Positions 66,198 through 77,693 of a DNA stretch of 124,000 nucleotides are shown piece after piece (the first letter of the stretch is position 1; each line of letters begins with the position of its first letter). The notes under the pieces are model-generated. The model saw only the letters and a program-made list of their open reading frames with translations. It made no database searches and was not told where the DNA came from. The DNA comes from Wallemia ichthyophaga EXF-994. Its lineage: Eukaryota; Fungi; Basidiomycota. Made by a program: the position numbers and the translations under genes. The DNA lies in assembly GCF_000400465.1 (NCBI RefSeq), contig NW_008806277.1, positions 144,001-268,000 of the forward strand, read 5' to 3'.

Positions 66198-66950
66198 TTA
66201 CTCGGCCTTTGGAGCTGGCAATGGGGCTTGTGCCTTCTTGCCACGGACCTTCTTGGCTGGAGCATCCTTCTTTTGGCCTTTAGAAGCGTAAATGGCTGAA
66301 ACCTTAGCAACAGCTGGCTGAAATTGCAAGTTAATACGCAATATAGGAGTCTCAATCGAGAGTATAAACTGAGGTTTAGTTTTATCAATGTCATTCGCTT
66401 GAATGGCCAGAGAGGTACGATGAAGTCTTGAAGACAACACCAATCTGGTAAAGTGATGCGAATATTTTAATATAGCAACACAAATACGCCTGACCTTTCA
66501 AAAAGTATTTCGAGGGGGTTCTAGCGTGTTGCGATCGCAGTTTATACTCTCGATTGGATTGAGGTTTATCACTCACCTTGACAAGATCTGGGCGAGTAGT
66601 AGCAACAACATTGGCAGTTGACTTGTAAGCACGACGCTTTCCTCCAGTGACTTGGGTCTTAGCGAAGCCCTTGTTCCATTGGTTGACTGGGGCCTTGGTC
66701 TTACGAGCAACGATTACAGCACCCTTGTCGTGTGGGTTGACACCAAGAGCCTTTTGACCATTGATGGTTGAAGAGTACTTGTAAGAGTGGTTTGCGAGCA
66801 AGTTACCAGGCTCAGAAGACAACTTGTGGGAACCTGGTGCACTTGGGCGAATGAAAGAGGAAGATTTACGCAACAAGAGCCATTGGAGATCACCTGACAC
66901 TGGAGAATCGTTGTTAATACGTTAAAGCACATTAAATTCTAATTCTAACT
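66198..66950 (-). CDS. RPL28: 60S ribosomal protein eL28
   Basis: MSGDLQWLLLRKSSSF...SSEPGNL..HSYKYS...RPDLVK|PAVAKVSAI; ATG split A|TG by a 50-nt intron; 259-nt second intron. Symbol follows the eL28/mammalian usage. Confidence 0.92.
66386..66534 (-). ncRNA. Intronic box H/ACA snoRNA candidate
   Basis: Hairpin 1 (GCAACAC/GTGTTGC), H box ATATTA (66473-66468), hairpin 2 (TTCGC/GCGAA with inner CCAGA/TCTGG), ACA at 66391-66389; inside the unusually long RPL28 intron. Confidence 0.75.
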
Positions 66951-67851
66951 TTTTTCAAGAGTGCTGTATCGCAAGAGGTTTAGACCAAGCACAAAAACCT
67001 TCACGAGTGAATTTTTTTATTTTAAATATATTCGAATGCTATTTCTTGCTAATCTGCGTGTGTATATATCCTGGCCTCGTCCATCACGCACTCTAAACGA
67101 GGTCTACGCTGTCGTTTGGTCTTCTATTCGACGTCGAGCAGCGCGATCTTATAATCTGCGCCCAAGTATATCGAGTTAAACTTCAAATGATGTCTAGTAC
67201 TCTTTGGGCTGGACGTTCTCTTTCTTAACCAGATGCTAGATGCCAGATGCCAGATGCGAAGATGCGCAACCTCTAAAGGCAAAATGTTCTTGTCTGGTTT
67301 GGCTACGAAGAGCATCCATCTTGAAATCCATTTCTCGTTTTTATCTCAAATGTAAAGGTAATAGCACTATACTATTATAAGCGATTCCGACATCTTCCAA
67401 CTTTCGCACAAAATACTTGTTGAAAATCGTTCTAGGTCAGAGCTTTGTGGCTAATTAAGAAGTCCAGTTTCGTTCTCGAACTGCATTGCTTGCATTTCTG
67501 AATTTCCAACTTCGGCAGTGCCTTAGATTCGGCAAAAGATGTAAAGATTTGAGGATATATTTCGGTGTTTATCTCTCTTTATTCATTTGGTGATAGTGTG
67601 AAATGATCTATACTATGTCAGTTTACATAATGCACTTTACAGCTTCGCAGACAATCATTACAGCTCCAAGATAGCCGATAATCACAATGCTCGAAAATTG
67701 TTACAATTATTACTAACAATGCAGCAATGCACTAATCACCATGTTTGTAAAGCCAGCTGCACATTCCAAGCAAAGCAGGGTAGACTTTTCATCAGTAATC
67801 TTAATATTATTCAAAAATAGGTCAATACAATAAAGCGTTCGAGTTCGTAAC

Positions 67852-69398
67852 TTAAGGAGTGTATTCATAGTCTACATCTTCATTTGGTCTTCCGTCAGAC
67901 ATCAGAATGACAGAGTAACGACCGGATAATCTCCAATCCTTCTCTTCCTTGTCCAACTTCTCCGCAACACCTGGTGGTAAACCGACGACGACATCCGACT
68001 TGATAGTCCTCATGGAGCAGACAGGTGGTGCTCCAGGTGCCGATGCTAAAGTACCGATGGCCTCACTGAATGGTGTTGTTGGTGGAGCGCGACAGTCGTA
68101 GGTCAATTTGCGGTGGTTGAGATCACCCTTGAAGAAGACCAACTTGGATTGGTGAAGATCCAAGAACAGATCAGGGCTGACCTCAAGCAAGTGATAGAAA
68201 GTGTAACCAGAGATCCAGAATGGGTGTTGCTCGTATATAATCTTTCCTTGCTGTTCGTATCTCTTCCAACGATTACCCAAAGCACGTAATGAGTTCAGTT
68301 CCTCTGCAGTACCCTTGAACAATCTACCATAGCATGCAGAGTTAATTAACCATTCCCAGTCCTTCTTAGTTACGTCAGAAACGAACCAAGCAAATCTCTT
68401 TCCATGAAATTTGACTTGATCAGCTAAGCCAGCTTGGATAAGGAAGTCAGCCAATACCAAATCAGTAAACAACTCGAAACCGGCATTGTCGAGGACAAAG
68501 TCGATTCTACCGTTTTTGTTGTTCTTCAACTGATTCCAGACTCTTTCTATGTCGTTACCGAGGATGTTTTTCTGCGTGGCAGCGAGTTGATCTCCGCCAG
68601 TTGATTGCAAGTTTTTAATATCTTCCTCAGTCATGTCGATCAGGAGGGAAAGATCGGTAGAGTTTCCCCATAAACAAACTTGGAACAATTCCATGAAAAT
68701 GAGTTTTTTGGCATCGTCATTTGGAATGTGGAAGGGCTCAGCAAAACGCGTAGCTAATTCAAAGACGGCGTGAGATGAGCGGGCGAAAGTGTCACACTTT
68801 TGTCTGAAGAATACGTCGTAGTCCTGGAAGTACTTGGAGAAGGAGAAACAAGAGTGAAGACGACGGTACTTGTAAGCTTCAGCAAAGATCCATGGAGCGC
68901 TCATAAAGTCCTTTCCTTGGAAGTACTTCGCGATTTCCTTGTTCCAGATAGCGATATCACCAGAGCCATCGTCAGGGATAGGTGTGAGCTTCTTGTTTGA
69001 TTTGAGATCGTCCATGAGTGTATCCATTCTGAGACAGGATGATTAGAAAGGAACAAACGAAAGGAGAGATCGTACCTTTCAATACAGGAAAGTAAGTCAA
69101 GAATCTCATCTTCCTTTGAAAGTCCATTTAAAGTGATGATTGTGTCTTCGATGGCTTTGCCGAGGATGGTAGGCAAACGACGGCCCATGACATCGTTTGC
69201 GAAGGAGAACGTGTGATAGCCTCGGAAGGCAGGGAATGGAGGAGATTCAGGGTTAACGTACTTTGCGTCGATCTTGTTAGGTTCGGCCATGTAGGAGCGG
69301 GATCTTGGAGGCATGTTCTTCAATCTGAGCTGCACAGAAGAAGGAACAGAGGCGTTAGGAATGTCTACGCTGCCATTTGGTGTTTGTGGTTGAGCCAT
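67852..69398 (-). CDS. DUF89/ARMT1 damage-control phosphatase (YMR027W-like)
   Basis: RRLPTIL, PWIFAEAYKYRR, LWGNSTDLSL, FVLDNAGFELFTD, FKGDLNHRKL, RTIKSD. Confidence 0.92.
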
Positions 69399-69551
69399 AT
69401 TTGAAAAATTGAAGATGACAGTAAAGGGTTAAGGAGGATGATGAAGAATGTGTGGATTGCACTTAGCCAAAGCGACGTCATCGAGGATAATTGGAGTGCG
69501 GGGAGAGTGGAGAAGATTGGATGATATAAAGTAATGTAAGTGTGAGAGTGT

Positions 69552-70009
69552 TTATTCAGTGGCTACAAATCCTTGTATATCCAAATCATATATGGTCACT
69601 CTACCGTAAAAATCCGTCGAACTGTTGAAAAGCAATTTAATATTGTTGGATATCGTCTTATTGTGATTTATACTGAAAGACTGCATTTTGTTGTTATCCT
69701 CAGGATAAAAGCCATCCTGACCAAGCTGGTTGCTGTTGTGATAATACACAATCTGGCAGCTCTTTCCTGAGAATCCACCTTGAAATGTCAATATCAACTT
69801 ATCTATTATATAGTTTTGACCAAATTTTAGCTGGACAGACTGTGGACTGCCCTGTGCGCTTGACCAGCAAGTGTCACTCGATCCATCGATCAGATTAGAC
69901 TTGTTTGAGAACTTATCGATGTTTGATGAAACCCTGCGTTGATTTGTAAGTTGAACTGCGTAGATACATGCACATACTTGACTTTTGTCTCTTTGTTGAT
70001 AACGCTCAT
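69552..70009 (-). CDS. NR2C2AP/TRA16-like protein
   Basis: LTFQGGFSGK, FYPEDNNKMQSF, FNSSTDFYGRVTIYDL. Confidence 0.82.
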
Positions 70010-70035
70010 CTGCACGCTCTTGGTAATATCATCGT

Positions 70036-70674
70036 ATGAGTAGACTGGAAATTTTAAACGGCGATAATTTTAGATTTGATGGTAGGAAGCCACTCGAGTT
70101 TAGGTCTTTAAATTATAAGTTGGATGATAACAACGTTTACTTCAATCAAGGCCTGACTAAGTTGAAAGTTAACATAAGCGGTTATCACAACTTCAATAAG
70201 CAAGATATCAATATATCCGTCAACAACGTCAACTCGAACCTCTCTAAATCAAAAATTGAAAACCTTATCCAGCAATTGAAGTCCACATTCCTCTCCGTCA
70301 TCAGATTCCACTCAAAGTCATCAATACAAATCAATATAGACATATTGAACTTTGATGGTAGCTTACTATCAACCGCCATAAACGCATTATCACTTTCTTT
70401 ATCTTTAAACGGCATCGAACTACTCGATATAGTCACTTCAACAAATATTGGTGTTTTCAACAATAACCTTTTAATAGACTTGAATAATTTCGAAGAACTA
70501 GATTGCCCTTCAATAACTCTAGCCTCTTTATCTAATTTTGAAAGTTTATCTTTAATTAATCTTGATTCAAAGCTACATTCCTCCTTCTTATCTGACATCA
70601 TTTCTCTATCTACTTCGAGTAATCAAGTATTGAGAGATGATTTGTCCAGTATTTTGTTGTCAAATGCTGTTTAA
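70036..70674 (+). CDS. SKI6: Exosome RNase PH subunit Rrp41/Ski6-like (diverged)
   Basis: MSRLEILNG..RFDGRKPLEFR, SIQINIDILNFDGSLLSTAINA. Confidence 0.72.
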   Translation: MSRLEILNGDNFRFDGRKPLEFRSLNYKLDDNNVYFNQGLTKLKVNISGYHNFNKQDINISVNNVNSNLSKSKIENLIQQLKSTFLSVIRFHSKSSIQINIDILNFDGSLLSTAINALSLSLSLNGIELLDIVTSTNIGVFNNNLLIDLNNFEELDCPSITLASLSNFESLSLINLDSKLHSSFLSDIISLSTSSNQVLRDDLSSILLSNAV

Positions 70675-71575
70675 GAACTCCGTTAATGCATTCATCGTTC
70701 TATTCACATCATTGTCCTGCCAAACATTAACTCTCATCCCACCCTTGAATACGATGAACATGGTCGGTTGATACTCATTAACACCTAATATACCTCCAAT
70801 TTCCTTATTCATCATCACATCCAACCTCATGAACCCGTTGTTCATTCCAGGAATTCCTCTTTGAGCAGCTAAATGGTAGAATGCTTGTGATAATTCAACG
70901 CTATTCGATGAATATGTCGTCAATGGTGATACCTTTATTCCCTTTCAATTTCATAATACTCTATACCACGCAACTCACCGTCATCAGAATGGCTTTGTAA
71001 TTACTCATGATTATATTCTGCATCATCTCCTTTGAGATTACATTCAGCGTCGGCCATTGTGGTAAAACATCTGCTGATTGATATTGCGAATTGGGTATCA
71101 TGGGTAGATTCATTCGAATGTTATTTCTGGCATGATCATTTCCCACTCCTCCACCAAGTGCAGCCTGCGTCCCTACCATTCCTGTACCCCCAATTCCCCC
71201 GAAAGACCCCACACTTCCTGCATTGATGAATTCTGGAAACTTAGCTCCACAAAGAAAGTCGATTGCTTTGTCTGTGAACGTATTTCCATTCCTGTACGCC
71301 ACGTTGTAGCTTCCTGCGTTGAACTCACTACAAAGACCATCTAAAAAGTCCTTATATGTGTCCTCGTCTATTTCTGTAATCCCAGTATTGATGACTCTAG
71401 ATGGCGTCCCTTTGTAAGAGCTGCCCGGTGGTGCCAAGGACCTGATGCCTTCATAACTAAACTCAAACTCTCTATTGAATACCACAACGGTTGTGTGACT
71501 TCTCCCGTTACTGCTCAAGTACCTTATTGCCTCGTTGCTCCAATCATAAATGGCTATTTCGACCTTATTTCCCAT
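70660..71575 (-). CDS. PPPDE/DeSI-family domain plus thioredoxin-like domain, probably catalytically inactive
   Basis: HTTVVVFNREFEFSYEGI...GITEIDEDTYKDFL...YNVAYRNGNTFT; second exon has a Trx-like PTMFIVFKGG without CxxC. Confidence 0.68.
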
Positions 71576-73408
71576 GATGGTATTAATTGTGATATTAAGT
71601 GGTTAATTGTATTTGATTATTGGGTTGTACAAATTAAATGAGCAACGTCGCGATCGCGCTATCGCTGGCGTGTTGATTGTTCAAACAAGAGTACGATAAT
71701 CGTCATTAGTCCAGTTTCTTGCTGAATTTTCTCCCTGTTGATCCCTGTTGAATATAACTTGTTTTGTGTACTCGTGTGTACAACCACAATGGCTCTTTTT
71801 CATTGCCTCCGCTTGGTCACAAGTACCAAAAAAATGAATACGTAATTTGAATGGCTACTTAATTTTGTTTAGTTGTCAAACGACTGTAGGGATGCAACAT
71901 AAAGTGGAGGTCACCTCAGCTTATTATACGATGGCTTACATTTTCAAACTTTCCTAGCTGTTAATTACAAGACAACACCATATTCATCCATACATGAAAC
72001 TTATTGGGGGTTGTCATGTACGTATCTGTAACATAAGATTCTCGGCGTGAAGATTCGAAGACTTTTCAGCGTGAATAAGATCGGCATGGATAGCGACGTG
72101 GATAAATTAAATTGTAGAATGCTAAAATTCACTAAAAATTTGGACAGCTCAAATAATCGAAGTCACACTGCGATGGATCTGATTGGCAGTACTCTAAGCA
72201 AACATCGAACTCGATTAGTGAGCTAGTTTAGGTCCACAAGGAGAAGTTTTAATAAATTGTATAATTAAAACCATTTCAGGCTGATGTTTAAGCAGCATAT
72301 TATACGTCTTTGTAAGAGAAAAGAAGTAAATAAACTGAGTGACGGATGACAAAGTGATTATATGGAATTTTGATTAGAGGCGGCCTAAACGAGATCGGTT
72401 AGCAATCTATGGGTGAGTAAATACTATTAGATGGTATGATATTCTTCAAACGTTGATGATAGATCAAAGCAGCCTCAATGAGTGCTCGTGATGTCATCCG
72501 AAAACTCCGAAGAGTGACTGGAAGTGAGAACCTACTGTATATACTGTACTTTTGAAATCAAGGACGGAATGAATTTACATTTCAAAATGCATGCATTCAG
72601 TTAATTTGTACTGGAAATGACCGAGAGGGAAAACAGTATGGGTTCAGCACAATCATACAGCATTGAGATTTATATTACAAAAAGTAAGCAAGGATAACAT
72701 GCTTAAAACTAAGCGCATTAACGATGTAAAAGCACGGTGGACGACATCCTACTTGCTCTGAGGCTGTTGGGACGCCATACGCGCTCTATCTCCATATCGC
72801 CCTTCCACCAGACTAAACTGCTAAATAGAAACTGCAACTTTCATTTACAATTTAATTTGATTTATTTACATATTCGCTATACTAAACATTCTCTTAATCC
72901 ATCAGCCTGACACTTACAAGACTAGCTAAAATCTTCAGTGTTCAATGGAGAAGAATTGTTAGAGTGTACTATGGGCAATCAAAATCGAAATTAAAGGATT
73001 TAGTAGTGAACGGTATAACTTAAGAAGTCATATGGCTATACACATGCTGGATAATCTCTAAACGATGCAAATGAAATCTGAAATGCAGGCGGAAGAGCAA
73101 ACACTGAAATTGTTTTTGATCAAAAGTCTCGGATCACCATACATAAATCAGTGAATAAATGAAAACTTTCGATAATGCGTGAAATACGTAAGTATGATAT
73201 TAAATAACGCCAATGCTAAGGTTCGTTTGTGTACTTTGCAATCTAAAACAAGGGAAACATCATTTACAAATCAGAAGTACGATAGATATAAAATAAGATA
73301 GTATAATTAGGTAGAGTTAAAATGTAAACGGCCGAAACCAAAAGTAAGTCAAGCCTGTTGATTTCTAGGAAATAGAAAGTCGTCATACACTAGCCAGAAT
73401 CGTAATAG

Positions 73409-75011
73409 CACCGCTATGAATATCACAAAATGAGTACAAAAGGTTAGGTCACTATAAAAGGCAAATGAAAAGTGACCTGACTCGACATCTATGTGGCCCT
73501 TTCGTCTTGTATAAAGTCGAAAATCGCATTACACTGATTAAGAGTGTAATTATCAAACTTTTCAGTAATTTGGAATGTAATATTTCAGGATAGATAAGGC
73601 CCGAATGGGAAATAATCTGATTCAACATGAGTATTAACCAGGCCCTAACAAAACTCGCAGATCCTTATGAAATTGTATGTGATGAGATTAATTTGATATT
73701 TGTCTTGTTTTGAGTTGAGCGTGTTTATTTGGCTTGTGCATAGATAGATTAGCCAGATTGAAGGGCCAAATTGTAGAAAAGAGCCAAATAACAAGCCGTT
73801 AAGGTATCTGACACAGCTACTGCTGGATCTATTGATCCTTAGCTCGTCGCTAGTTTATAATCACCACCGAATTAATGATCGAAAGAGGAAGCTAAGTGTA
73901 ACACAGGTTTAAAAGTAGTTTACTCTCAACAGAAGAGATCGGTTTGTATTTGAAAGACTATCACTGCGATTGAAACATACGGGGAATTGTCTTTTCTGGG
74001 CGAGATGCTTCCTCATCACAGTTATAAGAATTACTTAATGATAAACAGATGAACAAAATGTACTCTTGCCATATGTAACCACAAACGTATGCAAATATAC
74101 ACATTAGAGATCAAGTCGTTACGTAGAACCTTTGAGGGCGAGTCACGATTGAATTTCAGGTCCAATTATAGAGAATATCAAAAGAAACTGACTATAATAT
74201 TTTAAAACTGACTTATTCATTGTTCAATTTGGGAGATGCACACTAGTAGACTTTAAGGGTGCAACATTGGAAAACGTTGGGGTTGCTCAACATAACATTT
74301 CTAATTTGGCTAACCGCTAGATAAAAAGCTAGACCAACCCAATAGCAATTACAAAGTGTAGCCCACCGAGTTTTAATTCAGAAAAGCTCATGATTAAATA
74401 CAAATTCTGATAGTATCATACATCGTTTCAAAGTAAAAACGGTTGGAAGGCTAGCTTACGGTACAATTACAGCTGAAGATAAAATGATTACATCTAATAA
74501 AACTACAGATCGCAAATCACCTGAGACCAACAAAATACAGAAACATTAAGCAATAGTACTTGTAGCGTGATTAGTAAAACCGTAAACGTTCATGCTTCAG
74601 CCCACTACAGGTAATCACTAAAAAGGTGGCCTTCAACGAAATGAGACACGAAAGTAAGAAATATAAAGTTTTCAAAACCATTGTAAGTTTCCAAATAAAG
74701 TGAAGGTCGTATTCAAAGCTACATTATTAATGATCAAACGATCACTATACCGAGATGAGCAGGTGTGAAAACTCTCATTTTCTGAATGAGACATAATTAC
74801 GAAATAAACTGCTATAACTTCCATCAAACAACTTCATGTTGGAAAGAAAAGCTACGCGAAAGCAGCATTATTTGCCAGACGTTCCCTATGGGATTTTAAG
74901 AACGTTAGTGTTGAGCTAAGACTTCATTCGAAAGATAGTGTTAAGAACCATTCGTTGATGTGAATCTTTTGCACATAAACTGTACATTTTAGGACCATTA
75001 TCGCAAGTCAT
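73409..75011 (+). repeat. Left arm of 1,603-bp inverted repeat
   Basis: Reverse complement of 76091-77693; ends caccgctatgaatatcac... and ...tcgcaagtcat; spot checks identical except a few mismatches. Confidence 0.95.
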
Positions 75012-76090
75012 CATAGAGATCCAGTTATCTTTAGATTCTTTGCATAATGTCATTTCGAAACTAAATCAGACGCGAGATAGATAATTTTCGGCTCGTTATA
75101 TGTCATTGTCATAACGGCACAAGACTTTTTTCACATTACCTTTCTATATCTATATAAGATATTCAGAATAGAAAAAGTTAAAAGTTGAAATGTCAAGTAA
75201 TATAAGACAATTAAGTTTAACAGCTACTCCTAAAGTACGCGATTTAAATTCTAGTAACAACTTTCATCTCCCCTTGATTAACGACATTTGGATTGAGGCA
75301 TGGTTGAAGTAACACTTACAATGTCGAGATAATGAATTAAAAATTCAAAGTTGAGTTTATCGATTAACTCAGAATTGCATCATTTCAAGAATTTTTAAAA
75401 GAGATATGCACCTTTTTTTTTTCAACTTATAGACTTACAAATCAATAATCTTCAAACACACATATTAGAAGGAGGCAGGATCTAGCTATATACTTACCAT
75501 ATAATCGTTACTGGATGCCCTCAGCCTTTGAGAGAAACAAACAAAATCATTTATTTTTTGGGCTTGAGTGATCAATTGTTTTTAACTTTATTGACATTAA
75601 TAGCCTGAATTTATCACAGGAAGTTGTTTCCTCTTCCTTTTGTTGTAAAAGAAAGACCAGGTTATTTTAAACGCAAACAGGTTTTTGTCGAAAATGTTCC
75701 CTATTTTTGAAAACACAGGCTTATTTAAGCATTTGATTGAGAATTTCTTTCAATCATCCTTCGATCAATAACTCAATTTAAAGCAGATCAACGCCAAATC
75801 CCCACTCACTAACAATCTGACTGTTAGCATTGAATTGTGAAATTTTGATGTCAGAACAGATTTCTGTTACAAATGAAGTACAGATCACCATTTCACATTT
75901 AAATTCTAGCAAAAGCACGAAATTAATAACGAAGTTAGGTCCAAAGCAGTGCAAATCATTTACATTTATCAGATGATGTAAATGTGATTGAAATATATAT
76001 TTTTTTGCTAATGTCTTCCTCACATCACATTAGCACTATTCGTGCCGATGGAAAAAAATAACGGAGTCCAATGATTCGTGGAGATTCAAA

Positions 76091-77693
76091 ATGGCTTGCG
76101 ATAATGGTCGTAAAATGTACAGTTTATGTGCAAAAGATTCACATCAACGAATGGTTCTTAACACTATCTTTCGAATGAAGTCTTAGCTCAACACTAACGT
76201 TGTTGAAATCCCATAGGGAACGTCTGGCAAATAATGCTGCTTTCGCGTAGCTTTTCTTTCCAACATGAAGTTGTTTGATGGAAGTTATAGCAGTTTATTT
76301 CGTAATTATGTCTCATTCAGAAAATGAGAGTTTTCACACCTGCTCATCTCGGTATAGTGATCGTTTGATCATTAATAATGTAGCTTTGAATACGACCTTC
76401 ACTTTATTTGGAAACTTACAATGGTTTTGAAAACTTTATATTTCTTACTTTCGTGTCTCATTTCGTTGAAGGCCACCTTTTTAGTGATTACCTGTAGTGG
76501 GCTGAAGCATGAACGTTTACGGTTTTACTAATCACGCTACAAGTACTATTGCTTAATGTTTCTGTATTTTGTTGGTCTCAGGTGATTTGCGATCTGTAGT
76601 TTTATTAGATGTAATCATTTTATCTTCAGCTGTAATTGTACCGTAAGCTAGCCTTCCAACCGTTTTTACTTTGAAACGATGTATGATACTATCAGAATTT
76701 GTATTTAATCATGAGCTTTTCTGAATTAAAACTCGGTGGGCTACACTTTGTAATTGCTATTGGGTTGGTCTAGCTTTTTATCTAGCGGTTAGCCAAATTA
76801 GAAATGTTATGTTGAGCAACCCCAACGTTTTCCAATGTTGCACCCTTAAAGTCTACTAGTGTGCATCTCCCAAATTGAACAATGAATAAGTCAGTTTTAA
76901 AATATTATAGTCAGTTTCTTTTGATATTCTCTATAATTGGACCTGAAATTCAATCGTGACTCGCCCTCAAAGGTTCTACGTAACGACTTGATCTCTAATG
77001 TGTATATTTGCATACGTTTGTGGTTACATATGGCAAGAGTACATTTTGTTCATCTGTTTATCATTAAGTAATTCTTATAACTGTGATGAGGAAGCATCTC
77101 GCCCAGAAAAGACAATTCCCCGTATGTTTCAATCGCAGTGATAGTCTTTCAAATACAAACCGATCTCTTCTGTTGAGAGTAAACTACTTTTAAACCTGTG
77201 TTACACTTAGCTTCCTCTTTCGATCATTAATTCGGTGGTGATTATAAACTAGCGACGAGCTAAGGATCAATAGATCCAGCAGTAGCTGTGTCAGATACCT
77301 TAACGGCTTGTTATTTGGCTCTTTTCTACAATTTGGCCCTTCAATCTGGCTAATCTATCTATGCACAAGCCAAATAAACACGCTCAACTCAAAACAAGAC
77401 AAATATCAAATTAATCTCATCACATACAATTTCATAAGGATCTGCGAGTTTTGTTAGGGCCTGGTTAATACTCATGTTGAATCAGATTATTTCCCATTCG
77501 GGCCTTATCTATCCTGAAATATTACATTCCAAATTACTGAAAAGTTTGATAATTACACTCTTTATCAGTGTAATGCGATTTTCGACTTTATACAAGACGA
77601 AAGGGCCACATAGATGTCGAGTCAGGTCACTTTTCATTTGCCTTTTATAGTGACCTAACCTTTTGTACTCATTTTGTGATATTCATAGCGGTG
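76091..77693 (-). repeat. Right arm of 1,603-bp inverted repeat
   Basis: atggcttgcga... to ...gtgatattcatagcggtg; reverse complement of 73409-75011. Confidence 0.95.

Larger units (their letters stand above)
62240..66302. repeat. Diverged direct tandem duplication, unit ~2.05 kb (~62240-64157 vs ~64250-66302)
   Basis: Collinear homology across GPI gene, promoter region and RPL28 3' end (e.g. gatatttacagtgtcctt; tcgagacaagt.tttatagcacagtctta). Confidence 0.88.

Noticed and set aside
75490-75498. ATACTTACC resembling the U1 snRNA 5' end, in the IR core
   Set aside because: No downstream U1 stem-loops or Sm site; a 9-mer in AT-rich DNA can arise by chance.
73409-77693. Large inverted repeat as a foldback/DNA transposon with long TIRs
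   Set aside because: No transposase ORF or relic in arms or spacer, no target-site duplication at the outer ends (taatag| versus |taattt), and no internal tandem subrepeats typical of foldback elements. Not fully excluded without a genome-wide copy search.
73409-77693. Inverted repeat as a pure assembly artefact
   Set aside because: The arms differ at several positions and enclose a unique 1.08-kb core, which does not fit a simple mirrored read. Long-read confirmation is still advisable.
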